DNA of 64,000 nucleotides from an uncultured Bacteroidia bacterium (GTDB lineage: Bacteria > Bacteroidota > Bacteroidia > J057 > CALLMJ01). The stretch covers positions 19,875 to 83,874 of the forward strand of contig CAZBPK010000131.1 of the NCBI GenBank assembly GCA_964493765.1, in the 5' to 3' direction. Shown piece by piece: positions 40,101 through 46,820 of this stretch. Within the stretch, counting starts at the first letter, position 1. Each line of letters opens with the position of its first letter. The notes under the pieces are model-generated. The model saw nothing but the letters and a program-made list of their open reading frames with translations. It did not search any database and was not told the origin of the DNA. A program made the translations under genes and the position numbers.

Positions 40101-40106
40101 AGATAA
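31149..40106 (+). CDS. Giant (2985 aa) cell-surface adhesin-like protein with T9SS type B (gliding-motility-associated) C-terminal domain
   Basis: Domain order: signal-like N-terminus, a beta-helix-like region, ~330 aa of Gly-rich sequence, PKD-like domains, 3+14+4 tandem Ig-like modules, and a C-terminal IPNAFTPNNDNINDELYF...YNRWGQLVF...GVYSYVF domain. Confidence 0.9.
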   Translation: MLIKIPNTLNKNWLLINLLVFITAGSLNAQDPCGAGRIWYVKPNGCTGGPGCGSRTNPAELVWAINQASISATSGSPHAIRLATGSYVYNNVIELKSDIYIEGGYSEADDWKKTNSSVTDIRRTNANVETAFPPRLILFRGVNITNFRLHDLYIHVDDAPNLAFVNDGISVYGIYLNSCNDYHIVRCEITTGRGSDGKPGPNGNQGGNGGFGGFGGNGGESGGVCSAFGGGGTPGSAGFGGAGGAVGTGGVASNPNQSGGNGGAGGNGGAGGQGSPTNSANSGQNGNPGGGGGNGVAVGGGGGAGGTGFGGGTQGFVTSGPATCCDPARPKGGNGQPGTNGTPGFNGADASTFGIIYSSGYYAPNWGRGGGGGAGGSGGGGGSGGAGNNSACQGFACFSCCCLGDNGGGGGGGGGGGAGGGAGAGGYGGGSSFGIFLWNNGVSSRIIDCGITTGGAGIGGNGGLGANGGTGGGGRTGGGAVQKGGPGGDGAGGASGAKGGNGGRGLDGVSWAIANQGGGTLPTISGFGCTVNSDPNCGAVPNNPYVINVELLEGCTFSEITTSKLSGPGSSYSFPTGNVLATSGNTSVVYYTSTGRKTVTVVGSGANPTVSYTQFVDIFTDRLLPGIASLDANLGIDTSAVCAYGSLNFQHIEALGRFNDANTLEWLWDFPGGTMANGSPVPLSVRQLKDPGQIYFRTPGTYTISLRVKHNCCGWSSPITKVIKVQPIPQVYITGPRLVCIGSPATFTANATLPVSLDPDPEFQWNINGIPMTGFVAQSANGHIFTTSSLNNNDVLGVQIRSSNPFLCTNPGPTVIMPNFPLSADTHQVTITDPSVGGFAYIGNNPIVQQADVCFGSTQIVNILGQSPAPLATIQWQISTDGINYTDIPGGILPTLTTLPITNDPTYFRAKVTNGGCPPAFSTPAQFNLLPGAIAGTVTVDPATDTICAGATATMTVSGYSGTIEWQYTTDPNVPSSWITTAQTNANASFSNLLVTTYFRVKATAPGTCNVVYSNIDTVYVVPQPIAGTIIASQNPVCAGQTTLLTLTGYQADSIQWQQLVGSSWTNVGTNNDVYLTNAITSNAFFRAKVFNANCGPVTTPVFTVNVLPGSVASVTIAASQTTFCQGQSITFTATAVNASSSPSYQWYVNGIPVVASGNTYTANNLQNGDQVQVEMTLTGSCGSGTFPSNIITVNVNPVPTVNITSATSGVLCQGSSLTFNATPNPAISTVIWYVNNNNTGVTGNTFTSSSLMNGDVVSAYAVSAANCTSAVSNLINVTLSPTPSIVISASATQICQGEQVLFTSTPINAGFSPTYQWQINTGSGFVNIPGATGATYSSNTLTNGNVIRCIITSADGCTGTGSISNPIAITVGDYPTITITASQTTICQGDNVTFSVTNVTNAGPNPTYQWKINGANVGSNNPTFTTNQLNNGDVVYCVITSTQGCSGPQSVSNSIIMNVNPIPSISIIASANPICQGQSVTFVATVANGGPNPSYQWQLNGSNVGANTSSITLNNLNDGDIITCTVVSTAGCSGPNSTSAPIVMDVLPLPSVIISANTTTICPGDAVTFVANPANAGANPTYLWDINGVTQATGSPVFTTTNLNNGDQVTCTMISDLGCQGPASNIITITVNPIPTVTVSASSTSICSGQSVTFTATVTNGGTSPTYIWRLNNNITGTNSPSFVSSSLNNGDVITCQVISTDGCTGTGSTSTPIVITVNPTPTVSLNAVPGTTVCAGQTINFIATGNPAAGATYEWTINGVVQAGQTGSAFSTNALNNGDVVGVSIISSAGCTNANPATLSVTILPEPTVSISASANPICQGQSVTFTAIPQNGGITPAYTWKVNGIIVGTNSPTYTASNLNNGDVVTCTITSQQGCSGSNSVSNAITMVVNGLPTVSIAGPNNICAGATATYTATPNNAGPNPSYQWFVNGIAQPGSNNPVFTTNTLTNGSQVQCVITSTDGCSGAGSASNIIFVNVNSTPTVNITASATTVCPGTSVTFTATASTTSTYQWQINGVDVPNATGNTFTTNTLQNGDVVTCVVTSINGCSGPQSLSNPIAITVQGSATVSISATDTTICAGQMVVFTATANGAGPNPSFQWKINNQNVGVNSPIFQSNTLQDGDVVTVQVTSTGGCSGATSFAPPIIMSVTPTPSAQISASSTTICQGDNVTFTANVINGGSNPTYSWLVNGIQQGTLPVFSTNTLNNNDVVTLVVSVNGCTSAPSNAIVMTVNPIPTVTLLASATTICTTSTVNFTAVPNNAGSNPSYQWFLNGNPIVGVTGNTYSTNTLNNGDSVSVQVTSSAGCTGSASAQGVVITVNPGANGNFTIASPDTQCVNNQSFNFVAPPASPQATYFWTFSPDGNPLAANTASVNGVSFGSPGLKTITLQITDPAISNCTTTVSKQVMVLPAPLASFVQPADQCITGNNFTFINNGTSAPGAIYNWNFGPLAQPSTSLDPNPTNIVFTQPGTYPVTLTVTYNGCSDDTTINVTVEPVPVINLGQDIGICVNDPFPVLDAGIANASYEWFLDGMPFGGNTQTLQTTQAGTYSVRVTTPAGCVATDAIVISVTNGLQVNLGPDVYVCKTDPRPILDAGIPNASQYIWSWNGNALPQNTQFITADSAGVYTVEVISASGCTGSDVVMVYLLDSLKVDLGPDLTICVSDPRPTLDAGTIPGATYVWTLNGVFLSNSPTIVANQSGTYVATIVSPSGCVGKDEIVIDIVPTLNVNLGPDIYFCPTSPIVSINAPVIPGASYSWTLNGQPIPVNGSNLLDSRVGLYEVKIVTPGGCLGSGSVRAYSIPAPSALFTTSEGGFPISVSSSNPRVEFVNLSSNFDRVLWNFGDSTTTSLDTTVNPVHYFPPFPGEYYVTLYVYNGNCVDSIQLGPIKVSPVEEAFIPNAFTPNNDNINDELYFPYLGYKTYTLEIYNRWGQLVFTNDGDPNRYWKGFDREGKRCAEGVYSYVFKGIKDNGENVEIVGSITLLR
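31720..32705 (+). repeat. Glycine-rich low-complexity region (GGxGG / GxGGxG repeats), local GC island
   Basis: The translation is dominated by GGNGGAGG, GGFGG and GGGGGGGGGG runs. The DNA is visibly GC-rich because of GGN codons, and it spawns Pro-rich antisense shadow ORFs (32239-32773). Confidence 0.85.
33620..34478 (+). repeat. 3 tandem ~95-aa Ig-like modules (I(Q/E)WQ...F(F/Y)R(A/V)K type)
   Basis: Recurring pattern C-x-G-x(n)-IQWQ/IEWQ-x(n)-YFRAKV/YFRVKA/FFRAKV-x(n)-C. Confidence 0.7.
34480..38117 (+). repeat. 14 tandem ~86-aa (~260 bp) Ig-like modules
   Basis: Each unit follows the pattern P(T/S)VxIxAS...IC(Q/A/P)G..VTFTA....G.NP(S/T)YQW.(I/V)NG.......F....L.NGD.V.C.(I/V)TS..GC.G......I...VNP. 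I counted 14 units by eye in the translation. Confidence 0.85.
38640..39560 (+). repeat. 4 tandem ~77-aa modules (NLGPD...C...DP.P.LDAG...Y.W..NG...G.Y.V......GC..D type)
   Basis: Four consecutive units are visible in the translation, from VPVINLGQDIGIC to VRAYSIPA. Confidence 0.75.
39828..40103 (+). other. T9SS type B C-terminal sorting domain (gliding motility-associated CTD) of the giant protein
   Basis: The motif series FIPNAFTPNNDNINDELYF, YNRWGQLVF, YWKG and GVYSYVF is characteristic of the CHU_C/type B CTD family. Confidence 0.8.
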
Positions 40107-40130
40107 TTACTGTCAATAGTTTTAAAGAAA

Positions 40131-40164
40131 ATGGCAACTTTTTATAAGTTGCCATTTTTATTTT
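40131..40164 (+). terminator. Rho-independent terminator of the giant gene
   Basis: ATGGCAACTT-tttat-AAGTTGCCAT followed by TTTTATTTT, 25 nt after the stop. Confidence 0.7.
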
Positions 40165-40192
40165 GTAAAGTTTGATAAAAGATTAAAGATAA

Positions 40193-40319
40193 GGGCGTGT
40201 CCCTTGCTACGCTGCGGGTCGGGCTGCTTTGGGTTTCACTTCGTTTCAGCAATCCTTTGGCTGCTCAAAATTTGCACCCAAAGGCAGTGCCACTTTGTGC
40301 CCTACGCATCCCTCACGCT
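40193..40319 (+). repeat. GC-rich structured intergenic element, copy D (127 nt)
   Basis: GGGCGTGTCCCTTGCTACGCTGCGGGTCGGGCTGC...GGCAGTGCCACTTTGTGCCCTACGCATCCCTCACGCT. Sits between two terminator hairpins. Confidence 0.9.
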
Positions 40320-40334
40320 TGGCTTTTACTCATT

Positions 40335-40365
40335 AAAAAAGTCCGTACTAAATACGGACTTTTTA
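40335..40365. terminator. Bidirectional rho-independent terminator (pnp on minus strand; possibly copy D on plus strand)
   Basis: AAAAAA-GTCCGTA-ctaaa-TACGGAC-TTTTTATT. The A-run and T-run flank an 8-bp stem. It is 24 nt after the pnp stop and 16 nt after repeat copy D. Confidence 0.7.
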
Positions 40366-40388
40366 TTGTTTTTAATTTACAATATAAA

Positions 40389-42560
40389 CTATTTTTTGTT
40401 TTTATTTTCAAAAAAATTCTTTTTGGGTGATTGAAAATCCGTTGAACTTTGATCATTTTCTTTTTCAAGGAGTGCTTTTCTGCTAACTCTCAATTTGTTG
40501 GTTTTTAAATCCACTTGAATTACTTTAACTGGAAATTCTTCCCCTAATTTTATTACTTCCTCAACTGAATTAATTCTTTGGTGAGAAACTTCTGAAATAT
40601 GAAGCCATGCTTCTTTACCTGGGAACAACTCTACAAATGCACCATCTTTCCCAAAACCTTTAACTTTCCCATCAAAAACATCACCAACATTAGGGACAGT
40701 TGTAAGACCTTTCACCCATTTTAAAGCGCTGTTTAAAGCATTCAAATCAGGTGAAGAGATTGTAACAATACCAGCGTTGTTGATTTCTTCTATATGAATA
40801 GTAGTACCTGTAACTCTTTGAATTTCTTGAATGGTTTTTCCACCTTGACCAATTACAGCACCAATAGTATTAACAGGTATAGTAAGTTTTTCTATTCTGG
40901 GTGCTAAAGGAGAGAGTTCTTTACGCGGCTCTGAAATAGTTTTTAACATTTCAGATAAAATATGTTCTCTTCCTTTTTTGGCTTGCATCAAAGCTTTATG
41001 TAAAATTTCAAAGTTTAAACCTCTAATTTTAATATCCATTTGACAAGCGGTTAATCCTTTGGGGGTTCCTGCAGTTTTAAAGTCCATATCCCCAAGATGA
41101 TCCTCATCACCCAAAATATCAGACAAAACAGCGTACTTTTCCCCATCAGTAACTAAACCCATTGCAATACCTGAAACTACACCTTTGATTTTGATACCAG
41201 AATCCATTAAAGCTAAACAACCCGCACATACAGATGCCATGGAGCTAGAACCATTTGATTCCAATATTTCAGATACTACACGAATTGTATATTCATTTTC
41301 ATCTGGTACTACAACTTTCAATGAACGTTCAGCTAAATTTCCATGACCAACTTCCCTTCTGGATTGAGGACCTAACCTTTTGATTTCTCCAGTAGAGAAA
41401 GGTGGAAAATTATAGTGAAGCATAAAACTTTTTGAAGATTCTTCTGATACGGTATCAACAGTTTGCTCATCTAATTTAGAACCCAAGGTAACAGTAGCTA
41501 AACTTTGAGTTTCACCTCTTGTAAAAATTGCGGATCCATGTGCCTGAGGTAAATAGCTGACTTCGCACCAAATCGGGCGAATCTCTTCTAATTTCCTTCC
41601 ATCTAAACGTTTATTTTCATCAAGAATCAACCTTCTAACAATATCCTTTTCAATTTCGTAAAAATGTTGTTTGAATTCAAATTCTTTATCAAATTCTGGA
41701 TTTTGCTCTTTAAAGAAATTAAGAGTATCTTCTTTAATTTTTTTGAATGCTTCACTTCTCTTTTCTTTAGGTAAGGAAGAGGAAGCTATATCATATAAAG
41801 GTTGAGCTACTTTGTTTCTAATTTCATGATAAAATTCTTGTGAGAACACAGGTTTTTCGTATTCTCTAACCGTTTTACCAACATTTTTACGAAATTCTTC
41901 TAATGCTTTGCAAATATTTTGAATTTCTAAATGTGCTAGTTTTAAAGCATCTAACATTACTTCTTCAGAAACTTCACGCATTTCTCCTTCTACCATTACA
42001 ATAGAATCAACGGTTCCACCAACCATTAAATCTAAATCGCATCCATTCATTTGAGAAAATGTTGGATTGATGATAAAATTTTGATTTTCATCACGGATTA
42101 CTCTAACAGTTGCTACAGGATCGGGAAAAGGAATATCAGAAGCCATTAAAGCTGCAGAAGCTGCAATGGTAGCTAAAGAATCGGGTTGTATCTGCCTATC
42201 CAAAGACAAAGTGTAAATAATTACTTGTATTTCTGCATGATAATCTTCTGGAAACATCGGACGTAATGTCCTATCAACAATACGAGAAGTTAATATTTCA
42301 CGTTCATTGAGTTTGCTTTCACGCTTAAAAAAACCTCCTGGAAATCTACCAACTGCATAATACTTTTCTTGGTATTCTACAGAAAGTGGTAAAAAATCAG
42401 TTTCAGGATTAATATTTTTGCTAGCACAAACAGAAGCAAACAAAATATTGTTTCCTATTTTTAAGGTAACAGAACCATCAGCTTGTTTTGCTAACTTACC
42501 TGTTTCAATTTCTAATTGAGTTTGATTAGTTAGCGTTATAGTTTTTTGAATAATATTCAT
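40389..42560 (-). CDS. pnp: Polyribonucleotide nucleotidyltransferase (PNPase)
   Basis: Two RNase PH domains, then KH (GGKTIQEI) and S1 (GDVFDGKVKGFGKDGAFVEL) domains. Confidence 0.95.
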   Translation of the reverse strand: MNIIQKTITLTNQTQLEIETGKLAKQADGSVTLKIGNNILFASVCASKNINPETDFLPLSVEYQEKYYAVGRFPGGFFKRESKLNEREILTSRIVDRTLRPMFPEDYHAEIQVIIYTLSLDRQIQPDSLATIAASAALMASDIPFPDPVATVRVIRDENQNFIINPTFSQMNGCDLDLMVGGTVDSIVMVEGEMREVSEEVMLDALKLAHLEIQNICKALEEFRKNVGKTVREYEKPVFSQEFYHEIRNKVAQPLYDIASSSLPKEKRSEAFKKIKEDTLNFFKEQNPEFDKEFEFKQHFYEIEKDIVRRLILDENKRLDGRKLEEIRPIWCEVSYLPQAHGSAIFTRGETQSLATVTLGSKLDEQTVDTVSEESSKSFMLHYNFPPFSTGEIKRLGPQSRREVGHGNLAERSLKVVVPDENEYTIRVVSEILESNGSSSMASVCAGCLALMDSGIKIKGVVSGIAMGLVTDGEKYAVLSDILGDEDHLGDMDFKTAGTPKGLTACQMDIKIRGLNFEILHKALMQAKKGREHILSEMLKTISEPRKELSPLAPRIEKLTIPVNTIGAVIGQGGKTIQEIQRVTGTTIHIEEINNAGIVTISSPDLNALNSALKWVKGLTTVPNVGDVFDGKVKGFGKDGAFVELFPGKEAWLHISEVSHQRINSVEEVIKLGEEFPVKVIQVDLKTNKLRVSRKALLEKENDQSSTDFQSPKKNFFENKNKK

Positions 42561-42574
42561 GAAGTCTTAAAGAA

Positions 42575-42850
42575 TTAACGGCGGATACCTAATCTATTAA
42601 TGATTGAACGGTATCTTTCAATGTCTTTTCTTTTAAGGTAATCTAATAATGCTCTTCTTTTACCGACTAACTTTAATAAACCTTGTTTTGTAGAATTATC
42701 TTTTGGGTGATCTTTTAAATGCTGAGTTAAGTACTCAATTCTGTAAGTAAATAGTGCTATTTGGCTTTCTGGAGAACCTGTATCATTTGCATTTTTGCTT
42801 GCACTGTAATCTTTAAATATTTCTGCTTTAATTTCTTGATTAATGAACAT
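42575..42850 (-). CDS. rpsO: 30S ribosomal protein S15
   Basis: GSPESQIALFTYRIEYLTQHLKDHPKDNSTKQGLLKLVGKRRALLDYL. Conserved rpsO-pnp gene order. Confidence 0.95.
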   Translation of the reverse strand: MFINQEIKAEIFKDYSASKNANDTGSPESQIALFTYRIEYLTQHLKDHPKDNSTKQGLLKLVGKRRALLDYLKRKDIERYRSIINRLGIRR

Positions 42851-42867
42851 TTTTTCTTTTTAAAACG

Positions 42868-42875
42868 CAAAATTA
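42868..42875 (-). promoter_or_regulatory. -7 promoter box TAatTTTG (minus strand)
   Basis: Plus-strand CAAAATTA, 18 nt upstream of ATG 42850 (rpsO). Confidence 0.45.
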
Positions 42876-42951
42876 CTGTTTATGTTTATAACTACCAAAT
42901 AAAATTTAAAAATTTTGAGTTTAATTGTGGAAAAATTGTTGCTATGATTAT

Positions 42952-43629
42952 TCATAATTTGGATTGCATACAAAATGAGTAATATCCAAACTTGGAAACA
43001 ATAAAATGATCTAATAACTTTATGTCCATTAATTTTCCCATTTCTTTAATTTTTTCTGTAATAAGAATATCATTTTTAGAGGGTTCTAATATTCCAGAAG
43101 GATGATTATGAGCAATTACGATAGAAGTAGCCGAATGCTCTAAAGCTATTTTAAAAATAATTCTAGGGTCTACAGATGAACTCGTTATCCCACCTTTTCC
43201 TATCATGTATTCATGGATACATTCATTACTGTTGTTCAAATAAGCAACCCAAAATTGTTCATGTTCTAAATCTTGAAGTTTATTTTTAAAAAACTCACCA
43301 GCATTTTCTACAGAATTAAAAATTTGTTTTTTATAATAACGTTCATTTTTTCGTTTGGACAATTCAAAGGCTGCTAATATAGTTGTTGCTTTGGCTAAAC
43401 CTATCCCAGGTAATTCACACAACTCTTTGATAGAACTTTTGGCCATTTTTTCTAAACTCATTTCTTTTAAAATTACTCTTGCTAAATCAACAGCCGATAA
43501 TTCACGATTTCCTGATCCTAATAAAATGGCTAATAATTCTGCATCTCCCAGACTGGATATACCTTTTTGCAAGGATTTCTCTCTGGGTCTTTCCTCAACT
43601 GTCCATTCTTTAATACTTAATTTTTTCAT
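42952..43629 (-). CDS. radC: RadC-family JAB/MPN domain protein (UPF0758)
   Basis: N-terminal HhH region (LLAILLGSG) and JAMM motif HNHPSG. Confidence 0.85.
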   Translation of the reverse strand: MKKLSIKEWTVEERPREKSLQKGISSLGDAELLAILLGSGNRELSAVDLARVILKEMSLEKMAKSSIKELCELPGIGLAKATTILAAFELSKRKNERYYKKQIFNSVENAGEFFKNKLQDLEHEQFWVAYLNNSNECIHEYMIGKGGITSSSVDPRIIFKIALEHSATSIVIAHNHPSGILEPSKNDILITEKIKEMGKLMDIKLLDHFIVSKFGYYSFCMQSKL

Positions 43630-43764
43630 GCTTCAAAATTGTTACCTAGTTTAAATTTATCATTGGAAAAAATTTAGTTTTTGTAACATGATAAACGCAT
43701 ATTCAGAAAAACTTGGGAAAAGAAAAAATATAGTTTATTTTTACCGAAAATTTAAACAATCATA

Positions 43765-44979
43765 ATGTCTGAACATTTAAACGAAAATTCTTTTCATTTT
43801 GAAGATGAGCAATATTTATTAGAATTAGAATCAGAACTTCAAGAAATTGAAAAACAGTTAGAAAAAACTCCTGATAACTTAGAACTTTTATTCAAAAAAG
43901 CGGATATTTTTTATAAAAGATGGGAATGGGATTATGCTTTAGAAACCGTTAATGAAATTTTAGAAAAATATCCTGATTCTAATGAAGCAAAGTTTAAATA
44001 TGCTATTTTAAAGGATATGATTGGAGAACATGAAGAGGCTATTTCCATTTTTCAAGAATTATTAGAAAAAGACCCACAAAATACTGATTTACTTTTCAAT
44101 TTAGCTTATACACATTACCGTTTAGAAGATTATGAAACTGCAGAAAAATATGTTGAATCATTACTAAATTTTGAACCTACCACAGATATTTTATACTTTT
44201 GTTCAGGATTTTATTCAGATTTAGGAGAATTAGGAAAGGCTATGGATATTATGGAATCTATTGTAGAAAAAGAACCTGATAATCCCGTATTTTTACATGA
44301 ATTAGCTAGTTTATATAACATGGATGGTATGTTTTCAGATGCTGTTAAAGTTATGAAAAAAGCTATACAGTTGGATCCTGAAAATGTTTTGTATTTGATT
44401 CATTATGCTCAATATTTGGTGGATACTGGTGAAATTCCTAAAGCTCTTGAAACTTTAGAAAAAGCCATATCATTAGAACCAGAAAATCCTTATGTATATG
44501 CAGAAAATGCTAATCTTTTAAATTTAATTGGTGAATCTAGTCAAGCTATGTCTAACATAAACAAAGCCATTGAATTAGAACCAGAAAATCCTACTTTTCA
44601 TACTCAAAAAGCTTTGATTTTTATGTTGAATGAGCAATATAACGAAGCAATTCAAGAAATTAATATTTCCTTGAATGATGAACCTAATGATATTCAAGTT
44701 TTAGCTGCTAAAGCTCAATGTTTAACTCTATTAGGGGCTTTTAATGAGTCTAATCAAATATTAACTCAAATTATTCAAGATGACCCTTATAATCTGGTTT
44801 TAATGGCATTTATAGCCTATAATTATTTTCAGTTAAACCAAAAAAACGAATCTCAAATGTGGATTCAGAGTATTCTTAATGAAGATAATGAATTTTTTGC
44901 TTATGCAGATAAAGAACATCCATTTATGGATAAAATTTTATCAAATAACGCATTTCAAATGTTTTGCAATCAAAATTAA
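43765..44979 (+). CDS. TPR-repeat protein
   Basis: About ten 34-aa repeats, with the recurrent A...A(I/L)..(D/E)P.N pattern. Confidence 0.75.
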   Translation: MSEHLNENSFHFEDEQYLLELESELQEIEKQLEKTPDNLELLFKKADIFYKRWEWDYALETVNEILEKYPDSNEAKFKYAILKDMIGEHEEAISIFQELLEKDPQNTDLLFNLAYTHYRLEDYETAEKYVESLLNFEPTTDILYFCSGFYSDLGELGKAMDIMESIVEKEPDNPVFLHELASLYNMDGMFSDAVKVMKKAIQLDPENVLYLIHYAQYLVDTGEIPKALETLEKAISLEPENPYVYAENANLLNLIGESSQAMSNINKAIELEPENPTFHTQKALIFMLNEQYNEAIQEINISLNDEPNDIQVLAAKAQCLTLLGAFNESNQILTQIIQDDPYNLVLMAFIAYNYFQLNQKNESQMWIQSILNEDNEFFAYADKEHPFMDKILSNNAFQMFCNQN

Positions 44980-44994
44980 AATTTTATACTTACC

Positions 44995-46794
44995 ATGAAT
45001 ATATTTGTTGTCAATGCAGGTTCATCTTCCATCAAATGTGAATTAATTAATGCCAAATCCCAAAAAAGGATTAGTAAATTTAGTGTTGAAAGGTTAAATT
45101 CAGAACAACCTATTCTTAAATATTCAGGACAAGAAATTTCTTTAAATTCAAAAGGAATGGAAAATGTTTTTCCTGAAGCTTTAAAATACTGGCAAGCACA
45201 ATGTTCTGAAAATATTGATGCAGTTGCCCATCGTGTAGTTCATGGTGGTGAAAAATTGTTTGAACCTACTATTGTAACCCATGAAGTAAAAAAAATATTA
45301 GAAGAAACTTGTGTACTTGCACCCCTTCATAATCCTGTAAACTTAAAAGGTATTGAAGTTACCGAAAATTATTTTCTAAATATTCCTCAAATTGCTGTAT
45401 TTGATACTGGTTTTCATTCAACCATTCCTAGAAGAGCAAGACTTTACGCAATTCCTAAAAATCTTACCGAAAAATACCATATAAGAAGATTTGGTTTTCA
45501 CGGCATTTCCCACCAATTTGTTGCACAAAAAGCAGCAGATTTCTTGGATACACCATTAAAAAATTTACGATTAATCACTTGTCATTTAGGAAATGGATGT
45601 TCTATTACAGCTATTGAATACGGTAGTTCGGTTGAAACCAGTACTGGAATGACACCCTTAGAAGGCTTAGTCATGGGAACACGTTCTGGAGATATTGATT
45701 TTGGTGCTGCTGCATTCATTGCTCAAAAAGAAGGGTTATCCATTATTGAATTAGAAAAACTTTTGAATAATGAAAGTGGCTTAAAAGGTTTAAGTGGTAT
45801 TGGCAACGACATGCGTGATATTTTAAAAGCCGCTCAAGATGGAAATGAAGACGCTAGAATGGCGATTCAAGTTTTTGCTCATAGACTTAGAAAATATATT
45901 GGTGCTTATGCCGCTGTTATGGGTGGTGTTGATGCAATTATTTTTACTGGTGGTATTGGTGAAAATAGCCCTGAAATTAGACATAGAGTTTGTCAAAGAT
46001 TAGATTTTCTTGGGGCAATTATCAATGAAGATTTGAATCGAGAAAATAATCCTAATTCAGAAAATCCAGTTATTTTATTTTCAGAACCTCATTCTCGCGT
46101 TAAACTTCTTTCTATTTTAACCGATGAACAGCTTTCCATTGCTAAACAAGCCTATGATTTATTAATGAAAAATGCTCAATTAAATCAACAAAAATCTATT
46201 CCTATTGCTGTTTCTGCTCGTCACATTCATTTAACTCAAGAAGCTGTTGAGATTCTATTTGGTAAAGGTTACCAATTAACCGAATTAAGACCTTTGTCTC
46301 AACCCGGTCAATTTGCTGCTAAAGAAACCGTTACATTAATTGGACCCAGAAATAAAATAGAAAATGTGAGAATTTTAGGACCTTGCAGAAATCTTAATCA
46401 AGTGGAAATTTCTAGAACTGATGAATTCTTATTGGGAATTGATGCTCCTGTAAGAGAATCTGGAAACGTTGCTAATTCTCCGGGTATTACACTTCAAGGA
46501 CCTGCTGGGACTTTAACGCTTCATGAAGGTGTGATTTGTGCTTGGAGGCATATTCACATGCACCCAGAAGACGCTTTAGATTTTGGAGTTGACGATAGAG
46601 ACTTGGTTTCAGTGGAAATACACTCCGGTGAAAAATCTTTGATTTTTAATAACGTTTTAATTCGTGTTTCTGATAAATTCAAATTAGAAATGCATATCGA
46701 TACCGATGAAGCCAACGCTGCCGAAGTCAATCAAGGGTTTACTGGGGAATTATTTTTGACAGGTGCAGGTGCTACCTTAATTAAAAGAAAGTAA
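44995..46794 (+). CDS. ackA: Fusion protein: acetate/propionate kinase (AckA) + PduL-type phosphate acyltransferase
   Basis: Residues 1 to ~392 carry AckA motifs (VVNAGSSSIKCEL, HRVVHGG, FHGISH, GGIGENS). Residues ~400-599 align along their length with PduL as I recall it (VSARHIHL, QPGQFAAKETVTL, QVEISRTD, WRHIHM, EMHIDTDEANAA). Confidence 0.85.
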   Translation: MNIFVVNAGSSSIKCELINAKSQKRISKFSVERLNSEQPILKYSGQEISLNSKGMENVFPEALKYWQAQCSENIDAVAHRVVHGGEKLFEPTIVTHEVKKILEETCVLAPLHNPVNLKGIEVTENYFLNIPQIAVFDTGFHSTIPRRARLYAIPKNLTEKYHIRRFGFHGISHQFVAQKAADFLDTPLKNLRLITCHLGNGCSITAIEYGSSVETSTGMTPLEGLVMGTRSGDIDFGAAAFIAQKEGLSIIELEKLLNNESGLKGLSGIGNDMRDILKAAQDGNEDARMAIQVFAHRLRKYIGAYAAVMGGVDAIIFTGGIGENSPEIRHRVCQRLDFLGAIINEDLNRENNPNSENPVILFSEPHSRVKLLSILTDEQLSIAKQAYDLLMKNAQLNQQKSIPIAVSARHIHLTQEAVEILFGKGYQLTELRPLSQPGQFAAKETVTLIGPRNKIENVRILGPCRNLNQVEISRTDEFLLGIDAPVRESGNVANSPGITLQGPAGTLTLHEGVICAWRHIHMHPEDALDFGVDDRDLVSVEIHSGEKSLIFNNVLIRVSDKFKLEMHIDTDEANAAEVNQGFTGELFLTGAGATLIKRK

Positions 46795-46820
46795 AAGTTT
46801 TAGTAAGTTTATAATCATTT

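Noticed and set aside
40197-40434. Two overlapping 76-77-aa plus-strand ORFs downstream of the giant gene
   Set aside because: Both run through repeat copy D and the bidirectional terminator, and into the 3' end of pnp on the opposite strand. They are artefacts of the stop-poor, GC-rich repeat.
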